In this document: one piece after another, positions 1 to 7,780 of the stretch
How positions within the stretch are numbered: the first letter of the stretch is position 1
How the letters are laid out: each line of letters begins with the position of its first letter
Assembly: GCA_046861645.1 (NCBI GenBank)
Contig: JBHHUM010000040.1
Location: forward strand, 1 to 18,394
DNA: 18,394 nucleotides
Source: Fidelibacterota bacterium
GTDB taxonomy: Bacteria > Fidelibacterota > Marinisomatia > Marinisomatales > UBA2128
Reading direction: 5' to 3'
The notes under the pieces: generated by a model
Database searches by the model: none
The model's input: the letters and a program-made list of their open reading frames with translations, nothing else
Told to the model about the DNA's origin: nothing
Program-made: the position numbers and the translations under genes

Positions 1-182
1 TCTATAAAGGCACTGAACACGGTAAACACGAACTCTGTTGGAGTTCAACAGGGTGATGTAAACAACATTAAATCAGTTTATCTTTAGAATATAGCCAATA
101 TTATTTTTTATATAACTTACAGCTTAACTAGCATTAACGAGGAATAATCTCCTTAGTTAATAACTGTCAAGTTGCTAATGAT

Positions 183-377
183 TTAGGTGATTTCTTCGTT
201 AGTAAATTGCCAGCGACAATTACCACACCACCATGGTTTTCCCATATAACCTGATCTATTTTCATTCATCATCAGGGGATTCCCGCATCGTGGGCAATTA
301 GCTTCAGTATCTTCTGCTGGCCATTCATAATCTGGTTTGAATTTAATAGGATTTTCATATGTTGAGTGATCTTTCAT
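183..377 (-). CDS. Small hypothetical zinc-ribbon protein (64 aa)
   Basis: ORF with two CxxC pairs (CPRC ... WWCGNC) spaced like a Zn ribbon, and a protein-like composition within an AT-rich region. No clear RBS. Confidence 0.55.
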   Translation of the reverse strand: MKDHSTYENPIKFKPDYEWPAEDTEANCPRCGNPLMMNENRSGYMGKPWWCGNCRWQFTNEEIT

Positions 378-729
378 AAATAAAATTTATAATCAAAGGA
401 GAGATTAGACAACCTTGCAATGAGTTACTTGATGGAGTGGAATATTACTCAAGGAGATTAATCCTTTATTTCTTTAGGAATCCCTTCAATGGTTGAATTT
501 AACCTCAAGGGTATTCAACATATGTTTTTTAGTAAAGTAGATTTGGTATTGTAAGCGGGCATTACAACAAATATTTTCTTAATATGAATACTATTTCTTT
601 ACTGAAGATATATCATTATCAACTCAGCTTTTATTACCTTTTCTAAAAGAAAATAATTAATGGATAAGGAATAGATTAATATTTTAATTTTTTATTATTG
701 GGTGATGTAATAAATATGAGGACAATACC

Positions 730-1206
730 TCACCCTAATATGTTTAATGTCAATACCAGGGTTATGATTGCGACACCTACAATTGATTTAATCCAGAAAT
801 AGTATTTACGTTGACTAAGTTTTTCCTCGTATGGTCGCCACCAGAGGACTATATGGTTTGTTTCAAAAGGAACAACATAGACGGTTTGAACTGCCTTTTC
901 TACCAGCTCCTGAAACTCTGCTCCCGTATGATAATATCCTAATAATTGGAGATATTCCGGTTGAAGATATGTAACCACATGTTTCCCCGCAGGAAGTGGT
1001 ATGGGTTCCTTTATAGGCGCTTGACCTGCTAGCATACCATCAATGTAAATATCAAGCCCTGAGGAATCACAGGTAATGGTAATGTAACCCATTTGTGGAA
1101 ACACTGGAGCAGATTTGGACGTATCAGATTTCACGTCTAAACTGTCTTGTGAAGAAGCGGTGATTCCTGATAACAGAATAGAAAAAATAAGCATTTGCAC
1201 TCTCAT
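730..1206 (-). CDS. PEGA domain-containing exported/membrane-anchored protein
   Basis: GYITITCDSSGLDIYIDGMLAGQAPIKEPIPLPAGKHVV matches the PEGA pattern, with an N-terminal signal-like stretch (MLIFSILLSGITA) and a C-terminal TM helix. Start moved from 1272 to ATG 1206 because the longer ORF overlaps the divergent gene start at 1263. Confidence 0.7.
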   Translation of the reverse strand: MRVQMLIFSILLSGITASSQDSLDVKSDTSKSAPVFPQMGYITITCDSSGLDIYIDGMLAGQAPIKEPIPLPAGKHVVTYLQPEYLQLLGYYHTGAEFQELVEKAVQTVYVVPFETNHIVLWWRPYEEKLSQRKYYFWIKSIVGVAIITLVLTLNILG

Positions 1207-1262
1207 AGTACCGAAAGTTAACAGTTTATTTTTGTAGAGACTATCGTAAAATTCCAGTCGTA

Positions 1263-3164
1263 ATGTACTCACAAAAATGGCCAGTTCTTTTAGTTTCCTT
1301 TACAGGAGTTCTTTTCCCAGTAATCCTATTACTGGGAGGATGTGCATATTTCAACACTTTTTATAATGCTCAAAATTATTTTCAGAGTGCTGAAAAGGAA
1401 ATGGCGAAAAACTCTTTCGACGAAAGGCTTAATAAGAAGGCTGAGGAAGCGTTAGACATGACTATTGTTAACTGTAATATCATTTTAGAAGAATATCCAG
1501 AATCGAAACTTAGAGACGATGCCTTGTATCTTTCCGCTAAAGCATTCTATTACCTGGGAGATTTCTCCATAGCAAAAAAACGACTTTTTAGGTTGCAGAA
1601 AGAGCATCCGGAAAGTCCTTATCTGGAAGAATCTTCCCTCTGGTTATCCAAGTGTAGATGGAAATTAGGCGAAACAGATGCTGCTCTCGAGGATCTCTTA
1701 TCTCTTTCAGAAAAGTTATCTAAAAAGGGAGGGACACGTGAGCAACTAGCACAGGTTTATGTAACTTTAGGTGAAATTTACATTGAGCTGGGAAAAAAAG
1801 CGGATGCCGTAAAAGAATTCCAAAAGGCTACCAGATTAACCCGTAATGCATCTATTAAAGGTCAATATTTATTGAGGAGTGGTGAACTATTAGTACAAAT
1901 TAATCAGCTTGATAATGCTTTACGGATTTACAGGCAAGTTCTGAAAGTTACTACAAATCCAGAGCGACTTAATAAAGCCAATCTCGAAATTGTCAGAATT
2001 CTCCGTATCCTCGAGCGGTGGGATGAAACTATTAAAACTATTCAAGTACTCCTTTCTAACGAGAAGTTCACAGCCCTCAAATCTGATCTCAACCTGGAGT
2101 TAGCCAGATTGTATGAGATGCGTGGTATGACCCAGGAAGCCATCAGCAGATATACTTCTATAACAGAAGATTTCCAGAAAACTGAGGCATCTGCTCAAGC
2201 CTATTATCAGTTAGGTGAATTGGCTCTGTCTGAGGGAGATGAGTTTGAAGCTGCCAAACGGTATTATAGCAATGTTGAAAGGGAGAAAAGGTCATCCCTA
2301 TTGGTACCGGTGGCACGTGCTCGAGTAAAAGAGATTGAGGCTTACTTAACCGTTATCAATAATATTTCTGTTTTAGAAGCGGTTCTAACATCTGCCCGGT
2401 TAGAAGAAACTAATATTGAGAAAGATATCCCTGAAGATACATTGCATTATGAAACAGATAGCTTAATGATACCCTCAGGAGAGAGAACCGCAATTACTGA
2501 TACTATGGAAACTATTAAGGAATTGACAGAGAACTTATATTCTTTAGGAGAGTTGCTTGCATTTCATTTCAGCAGAGAAGATAGTGCCATAAAAGTACTG
2601 GATAATCTTGTGAACTATTATCCCAACAGTAATACGATACCTCAAGCTCTTTTTACGCTGGGACACTTATTGAGAGAACGAGGAGATACCCTTGAAGCTG
2701 AAAACTATATTACCCAACTTATTGAGAACTATCCTGCAACTGAATTTGCGATCAAAGCAGCCGCTGAAATAGATATCATATTAATTAACGAAGCGGAAGA
2801 ATTGTTGAAGAAAGCAGAAACTGTACTATATGATGATCCTGAAAAGGCAGTTGAAACTTATAAGAGAATACTGCAGGAGTTTCCTGAGTCATCATATGTT
2901 CCCCATGCTTTACTCGCCATTGGTTTTACTTATGAAAATGTGAGGCACAATTTAGATAGTACACTCAACTATTATAGTCTGCTTATTGATAATTTCCCCA
3001 CCAGTGAACAAGCTGAGTCCATCCAGTCTCATTACGAACAGCTTAGGTCAGCTGTGAATCAACTACAGGCTGATACAACTGCAACTCAAGCAATAGAGGA
3101 CACGACCCTATCTCCCGACGTAATACCTGAACCATCCGATAAGGCTCGGGATGAGTCTGATTGA
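1263..3164 (+). CDS. Tetratricopeptide-repeat lipoprotein (BamD/YfiO-like repeats)
   Basis: Lipobox LGGC after a hydrophobic stretch, then CAYFNTFYNA, and many TPR repeats with 'YPES/FPES/YPNS' turns. Confidence 0.8.
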   Translation: MYSQKWPVLLVSFTGVLFPVILLLGGCAYFNTFYNAQNYFQSAEKEMAKNSFDERLNKKAEEALDMTIVNCNIILEEYPESKLRDDALYLSAKAFYYLGDFSIAKKRLFRLQKEHPESPYLEESSLWLSKCRWKLGETDAALEDLLSLSEKLSKKGGTREQLAQVYVTLGEIYIELGKKADAVKEFQKATRLTRNASIKGQYLLRSGELLVQINQLDNALRIYRQVLKVTTNPERLNKANLEIVRILRILERWDETIKTIQVLLSNEKFTALKSDLNLELARLYEMRGMTQEAISRYTSITEDFQKTEASAQAYYQLGELALSEGDEFEAAKRYYSNVEREKRSSLLVPVARARVKEIEAYLTVINNISVLEAVLTSARLEETNIEKDIPEDTLHYETDSLMIPSGERTAITDTMETIKELTENLYSLGELLAFHFSREDSAIKVLDNLVNYYPNSNTIPQALFTLGHLLRERGDTLEAENYITQLIENYPATEFAIKAAAEIDIILINEAEELLKKAETVLYDDPEKAVETYKRILQEFPESSYVPHALLAIGFTYENVRHNLDSTLNYYSLLIDNFPTSEQAESIQSHYEQLRSAVNQLQADTTATQAIEDTTLSPDVIPEPSDKARDESD

Positions 3165-3945
3165 ATCCGGCAGAGTTCTTTTCAACCGGAAATTAGCTAC
3201 AGGGATATTCCGTATGGAATTGGCACTACCTGAGATAGCCCCTCTAGTAAAGGGTTCAGGACAATTTATATCCCTGCACGTTGGTTTGGGATGGCAAATG
3301 CCACTTCGCAGACCTATGAGTATTGCTAGTGTAAAAAACGATACACTGAGTATTATATATAAGATTTTAGGGAGGGGGACTGAATGGTTACAGGAAAGAA
3401 ACCAGGGAGATTTAATAAACATACTGGGTCCTCTGGGAAATACTTTTTCGCTGGACAGGTTAGATGGAAGAACTCCAATTCTTTTAGCTGGAGGTGTCGG
3501 AATAGCACCTATACTTTTCCTCCATGAGCAAATGATATTGGAGGATCAGGTACACAATTTCATTATCGGTGCTGTGACTGCTGATGAGCATTTTCAAGAT
3601 CATAATCCAAAAAGAGGGATTTATCTTACTACTGATGATGGTTCTTTAGGCATTAAGGGAAATGTTCTGGTAGCGTTGGAGCTTCTGGTGGAAAAGATAG
3701 AGAAGCCATATATTCTAGCCTGTGGTCCAAAGGCAATGTTGATGGCTATCCAAAAGTATGCAATGCAAAACGAAATCCATGGGCAAATTGCAGTGGAGAG
3801 CTATATGGCTTGTGGAACCGGTTTATGCCAGGGATGTGTTGTGGAGACTTCTGCTAAGATCACCAGTAAAAATACTTATCTAGAGAGATATTCACTCGTC
3901 TGTAAAAATGGACCTGTATATGACCTTAATAATGTCCGCTTCTAG
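3151..3945 (+). CDS. pyrK: Dihydroorotate dehydrogenase B electron transfer subunit
   Basis: RRPMSI FAD motif, GPLGN, AGGVGIAP NAD motif, CGP, and MACGTGLCQGC...C 2Fe-2S motif; directly upstream of pyrD. Confidence 0.93.
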   Translation: MSLIESGRVLFNRKLATGIFRMELALPEIAPLVKGSGQFISLHVGLGWQMPLRRPMSIASVKNDTLSIIYKILGRGTEWLQERNQGDLINILGPLGNTFSLDRLDGRTPILLAGGVGIAPILFLHEQMILEDQVHNFIIGAVTADEHFQDHNPKRGIYLTTDDGSLGIKGNVLVALELLVEKIEKPYILACGPKAMLMAIQKYAMQNEIHGQIAVESYMACGTGLCQGCVVETSAKITSKNTYLERYSLVCKNGPVYDLNNVRF

Positions 3946-3951
3946 GTCTCG

Positions 3952-4863
3952 ATGGTGTTGAAAACAAAAGTTGGTTCAGTAGAATTACAGAATCCCATTT
4001 TAGTGGCTTCGGGGACATTTGGTTATGGTAAAAAAAGTGATAACTATTTTGATATTAATATACTGGGGGGGATTGTAACTAAATCAGTCACTAAACATCC
4101 CCGAGAGGGTAATCCACCTCCCCGAATAGTGGAGACACCAGCTGGTATGCTCAATTCCATTGGTTTGGCAAATATCGGAGTGGAACGCTTCGTACTGGAG
4201 ATGCTCCCCGAATATAAAGGATTAAAGACAGCAGTGTTTATGAATATTGCCGGCAGTACGTTGGAAGAGTATGTTGAAGTACTGGAACGGGTAGAAAGTG
4301 TCCCCAATAATCTTACTGGGTATGAGATCAATATTTCCTGTCCTAATGTAAAGAAGGGTGGGATGGAGTTTGGTATGGATTGTGAACTGACAGCACAACT
4401 CACATCTGCCTTACGACAGAAGACAGAGAAACTCCTAATAATGAAATTGTCTCCCAATATCACGGACATTGCTGCTATAGCACGATCAGCAGCAGATGCA
4501 GGTGCCGATGCCATCTCTGCTATTAATACGGTTACTGGAATGAGCATCAATCCCGAAACCAGGAAGTCCAATGTTTATACTAAACTTTGTGGTCTATCAG
4601 GTCCAGCCATCAAACCAATCGGGATTGCCGCTGTCTATCGTGTATCGCAAGCAGTCTCCATTCCCGTGATTGGCATCGGTGGCATCACCTGCGGACACGA
4701 TGTAGCAGAATATCTCCTTGCCGGAGCATCTGCTGTCCAGGTTGGTACTGCTAATTTCCAAGATCCAGCAGCGGGCTTGCGAATATTGGCTGAATTTCGG
4801 GATTACTGTGAACAGAATAATGTTTCTGATGTGAGTGAACTGATAGGTGGTCTACGAGATTAA
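3952..4863 (+). CDS. pyrD: Dihydroorotate dehydrogenase (family 1B) catalytic subunit
   Basis: ASGTFGYG, TKSVT, GNPPPRIVETPAGMLNSIGLAN, EINISCPNV (catalytic Cys), KLSPN and GLSGPAIKP motifs. Confidence 0.96.
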   Translation: MVLKTKVGSVELQNPILVASGTFGYGKKSDNYFDINILGGIVTKSVTKHPREGNPPPRIVETPAGMLNSIGLANIGVERFVLEMLPEYKGLKTAVFMNIAGSTLEEYVEVLERVESVPNNLTGYEINISCPNVKKGGMEFGMDCELTAQLTSALRQKTEKLLIMKLSPNITDIAAIARSAADAGADAISAINTVTGMSINPETRKSNVYTKLCGLSGPAIKPIGIAAVYRVSQAVSIPVIGIGGITCGHDVAEYLLAGASAVQVGTANFQDPAAGLRILAEFRDYCEQNNVSDVSELIGGLRD

Positions 4864-4895
4864 GTACCTGGTACTTTGAAAGTGCCGGGTACTTA
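4861..4895. repeat. REP-like palindrome copy 1
   Basis: T-AAGTACCTGGTACTT-TGA-AAGTGCCGGGTACTT-A: 15-bp arms at 4862-4876 and 4880-4894 with two G:T wobbles. Begins in the pyrD stop codon, 25 bp upstream of the RAYT start. Confidence 0.85.
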
Positions 4896-4920
4896 AAAAA
4901 GGGGACTTGTAAGAAGAAAG

Positions 4921-5523
4921 ATGCCTTACAGGAAAACGAATTTCGAAAAAGGATATTACTATCACCTCTATAACAGAGGAGCTAACCGAGAGAATATCTT
5001 TCGTGAACGTGACAATTATCACTTCCTTCTTGAAAAAATAGAATTATTTAGTGAGAGAGATAAAATAGCTGTAATCGCCTACTGCTTAATGCCCAACCAT
5101 TACCATTTTCTTGTTCGTCAGGATGACAGCATTTCTATATCTGTGTTTATGCATTCTGTTTTTGGCAGCTATACGAAAGCTTTCAACAAGATGTACCAAC
5201 GTACCGGTACACTCTTCGAAGACCGTTTCAAAAGTATCCTAATTGATTCGGAAGAGTATTTGACACACTTATGCAGATATATTCATCGTAATCCTATTGA
5301 CGGCAAGAAACCACTGGTGGATGACATCAGCCAATGGTCTTTTTCCAACTGGCTTGAATGGATTGGCGTAAAAAATGGAAATCTTGTTGACATAGACTTT
5401 ATTCAAGAGCATTTCACATCGGTTGAAGCCTATAAAGAATTTGTATTCGAGTATGAACCTGATGAAAAAGTAGTGAAAAAAATGGAGAAGTATTTATTTG
5501 GAACAAAGTACCCGGCACTTTAG
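4921..5523 (+). CDS. rayT: REP-associated tyrosine transposase (RAYT / TnpA-REP, IS200-like Y1 HUH family)
   Basis: YYHLYNRG strand, YCLMPNHYHFL (HUH motif), GTLFEDRFKS, and YIHRNP (catalytic Tyr followed by the RAYT-type NP). No tnpB adjacent. Confidence 0.88.
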   Translation: MPYRKTNFEKGYYYHLYNRGANRENIFRERDNYHFLLEKIELFSERDKIAVIAYCLMPNHYHFLVRQDDSISISVFMHSVFGSYTKAFNKMYQRTGTLFEDRFKSILIDSEEYLTHLCRYIHRNPIDGKKPLVDDISQWSFSNWLEWIGVKNGNLVDIDFIQEHFTSVEAYKEFVFEYEPDEKVVKKMEKYLFGTKYPAL

Positions 5524-5538
5524 AAGTGCCGAGTACTT
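5506..5538. repeat. REP-like palindrome copy 2
   Basis: AAGTACCCGGCACTT-TAG-AAGTGCCGAGTACTT: 15-bp arms with one mismatch. The TAG loop (5521-5523) is the RAYT stop codon. Confidence 0.85.
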
Positions 5539-5545
5539 AATTTGA

Positions 5546-5998
5546 ATGCACATGTTGACAAAACATACAAGAATTCTGACGGTTTTTTTATTACTCGTCT
5601 TTTTTGGCTGTACTGCTGCACCACGGTACGGTACAGGGAAATCCCCTGCTTCAAAAAGCAAGAGTAGACACACCAGGGTCATGACCGGTATATCCTCTTT
5701 TTATGGAGAAGAATTCCACGGAAAACTTACAGCAAATGGGGAAGTATTTGATATGTATGGATTGACTGCTGCACATAAAACACTTCCACTGAACACTATA
5801 GTACGGGTTACGAATCTCGAAAATGGTAAATCATTGATCCTCCGCATCAATGACCGAGGACCCTATGTGAAAGGACGTATTTTAGATTGTTCTTACGGTG
5901 CCGCCTTGAAGCTAGGATTCGTTGGTAAAGGGACAGCCAAAGTGAAGATCGAGGTAATTGAACTTGGGGATAACCAGTATATGAAGCATAAGACGTGA
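5546..5998 (+). CDS. rlpA: Septal ring lytic transglycosylase RlpA family lipoprotein (DPBB domain only)
   Basis: Lipoprotein signal ending FFGC; GISSFYG..FHGKLTANGEVFDM..LTAAHKTLP..VRVTNLENG..RINDRGP..GRILD motifs. No SPOR domain. Start could be ATG 5552. Confidence 0.9.
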   Translation: MHMLTKHTRILTVFLLLVFFGCTAAPRYGTGKSPASKSKSRHTRVMTGISSFYGEEFHGKLTANGEVFDMYGLTAAHKTLPLNTIVRVTNLENGKSLILRINDRGPYVKGRILDCSYGAALKLGFVGKGTAKVKIEVIELGDNQYMKHKT

Positions 5999-6014
5999 AA
6001 ACCTGTATAGTATG

Positions 6015-6047
6015 AAGTACCCGACACTTCCATAGTGCAGGGGAATT
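6015..6047. repeat. Degenerate REP-like palindrome copy 3
   Basis: AAGTACCCGACACTT-CCA-TAGTGCAGGGGAATT: left arm 14/15 to the copy 2 left arm, right arm 11/15 to AAGTGCCGGGTACTT, same 3-nt spacer. Lies between rlpA and cdsA. Confidence 0.7.
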
Positions 6048-6070
6048 CTTTATATTCAACCTCAATTCAC

Positions 6071-6913
6071 ATGACAGATACACTATCATCCCGAATGTTT
6101 GTGAATTTTCTCGGTGTTCCGGGGATCCTTATACTGGTGTATCTGGGTGGACCCTGGTTTTTGGGTTTTGTTACAGTAGTTGCCCTGATGGCTCTTTATG
6201 AATTTTATCGTCTGGTAGGACATAAAGGTGTTTCCCCACATGTGGGTTTAGGCCTGCTTACCGGGACAATAATAATGTTGTTTTATTATGGCAATCTCTA
6301 TCCCAAACTGGCTACTGCAAATTGGCAGCACCTCCTGATAGTATTTATTCTTATAGTAGGACTTTTAGAACTTTTTCGAGGGAAGGAGCACCCCACAGCC
6401 AATATCACCTATACGCTGGCAGGGATATTATATGTGCCCCTGTTGATCGGGACTATGGTCACACTTCGCAATATAGAATCCAATAAAGTTGATCTCGGTT
6501 TTCACCTAACCCTGGTTCTTTTTGTCTGTGTTTGGACTTGTGACTCCGCTGCTTATCTCTTTGGAAAAAAATGGGGTGAGGTAAAGATATTAATAAAGGT
6601 GAGCCCTAAAAAAACATGGGTAGGAGGGATCGCAGGATTGATCTCAGCCGTTACTGTCGCAGCTGTCTTTTTTTTGACTGACTTCTTTCCCTTAAAATCT
6701 ATAACACTTACTGACTCCATAATCATAGGAGCTATTGTAGGAATATTTGGTCAAGCCGGAGATTTCATAGAATCTTTAATGAAACGTGATGCTGGAGTAA
6801 AAGACTCGGGTTCTTTCCTTTTAGGGCATGGTGGTGTTCTCGATAGATTCGATTCCTTGATTGTGGCTACACCTCTGATCTTCCTCTATTATATTTATAT
6901 GATCGCGGGGTGA
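6071..6913 (+). CDS. cdsA: Phosphatidate cytidylyltransferase
   Basis: Polytopic membrane protein with DSAAYLFG, VSPKKTWVG and GDFIESLMKRDAGVKDSGSFLLGHGGVLDRFDS signature. Start moved from GTG 6035 (inside repeat copy 3) to ATG 6071. Confidence 0.93.
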   Translation: MTDTLSSRMFVNFLGVPGILILVYLGGPWFLGFVTVVALMALYEFYRLVGHKGVSPHVGLGLLTGTIIMLFYYGNLYPKLATANWQHLLIVFILIVGLLELFRGKEHPTANITYTLAGILYVPLLIGTMVTLRNIESNKVDLGFHLTLVLFVCVWTCDSAAYLFGKKWGEVKILIKVSPKKTWVGGIAGLISAVTVAAVFFLTDFFPLKSITLTDSIIIGAIVGIFGQAGDFIESLMKRDAGVKDSGSFLLGHGGVLDRFDSLIVATPLIFLYYIYMIAG

Positions 6914-6938
6914 TCTGAAAATAAATCATCATCTACCA

Positions 6939-7406
6939 GTGGAAAACTTATCTCCGGGGTTACACCAGAATAGCTCGCAATTAGAGCAAATTACAGCAGG
7001 TGAATCATTTCATTGGCGGGCTCACCCTGCCCGCGAGAGAGTAAAGATAGCCATGCTTGGAGGATTTATTATCTTATCTTTAGGGATCATTATTTTTACC
7101 TCATTCCAAAGTATTCTGCTGACTCTTTTTTCAATATTCGTCTTGGTACTTCAACTTAACCGTTTCTATTTTCCCAGCAGTTTTTCCATAAATAGCCAGG
7201 GTATTTCAGCTAAATATCTTCTACGATCTCAACGAATGAATTGGAGTAAAATAAAGCGAATTGAGCAGGATAATTATGGTGCTTATCTTTCTAAACGAGA
7301 AATCCCCTCCCGATGGGATGCTTTCAGGGGAATGCAAATCCTATTCGGAAATGAGCGCGAAAAAGTTAAATCTTTATTGAAAATGGGATGGAAGTCTGCC
7401 TCATGA
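6939..7406 (+). CDS. Hypothetical membrane protein: two TM helices plus bacterial PH-like (YcxB-type) C-terminal domain
   Basis: Two adjacent hydrophobic helices, then 'FSINSQGI...RMNWSKIKRIE', a pattern typical of bacterial PH-like domains. Its stop overlaps the next start (ATGA at 7403-7406). Confidence 0.6.
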   Translation: MENLSPGLHQNSSQLEQITAGESFHWRAHPARERVKIAMLGGFIILSLGIIIFTSFQSILLTLFSIFVLVLQLNRFYFPSSFSINSQGISAKYLLRSQRMNWSKIKRIEQDNYGAYLSKREIPSRWDAFRGMQILFGNEREKVKSLLKMGWKSAS

Positions 7407-7780
7407 GCTGGCTGAAACACGCCTTTGCTGTTGATCCTCCCGGAGCTGCAGAGCCAACAGCAGCACAGGCTAAAGCTGTAGAGAAAGTTTGCCAAGAAGT
7501 AGTCAGACGCCGTTTGACCACTCCAGCTTTAATCATGTTAGAGACATTTCGTCCACTCAATTATGTAGGATCACAACTCCTTCATTTTTTCCACCCTATC
7601 ATCTCGGCTATTCTGTCTACTGATGCTTATCGCAACTTTACAGAATTTTTAGAACGACGTGGAAGTGTTGATTATCTCTGTTACAGGATTGAACAACTTG
7701 ATAAAGAAAGACCTAAAGTTAGACGGAACAGTGACACTAAAGTTGCTGTACAATCTCCTCCTGATTCTAAAGATGACTAA
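7403..7780 (+). CDS. Hypothetical protein (125 aa, helical), member of the GlmL-like operon
   Basis: ATGA overlap with the upstream stop fixes the start at 7403 (MSWLKHAFAVDPPG...); overlaps the next gene start by 8 bp. Confidence 0.7.
   Translation: MSWLKHAFAVDPPGAAEPTAAQAKAVEKVCQEVVRRRLTTPALIMLETFRPLNYVGSQLLHFFHPIISAILSTDAYRNFTEFLERRGSVDYLCYRIEQLDKERPKVRRNSDTKVAVQSPPDSKDD

Larger units (their letters stand above)
4861..5538 (+). mobile_element. RAYT/REP module (REPtron-like): HUH transposase gene flanked by palindromic repeats
   Basis: Y1 transposase gene between housekeeping genes pyrD and rlpA, with the same 33-bp palindrome on both sides. Confidence 0.75.

Noticed and set aside
1..87. 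Open frame at the window edge and overlapping alternative hairpins at 30-51 (GAACTC/GAGTTC versus CTGTTG/CAACAG)
   Set aside because: Truncated by the window edge; cannot distinguish a gene 3' end from a small repeat element, and 6-bp stems are weak evidence.
4861..4900. REP copy 1 as an intrinsic terminator for pyrD
   Set aside because: The hairpin is followed by an A run, not a U tract, on the + strand, and it matches the other repeat copies.
4921..5523. IS200/IS605 element with TnpB or an RNA-guided nuclease
   Set aside because: No tnpB/iscB ORF is adjacent; the next gene is rlpA, and the transposase motifs are RAYT-type.
4861..6047. Three ~33-bp palindromic repeats as a CRISPR array
   Set aside because: Copies are separated by whole genes (about 480-610 bp), not 30-40 bp spacers, and there are no cas genes; REP is the better explanation.
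7659..7772. N-terminal 38-aa extension of the GlmL-like ORF
   Set aside because: It overlaps the upstream gene; ATG 7773 lies just before the conserved phosphate-1 strand.
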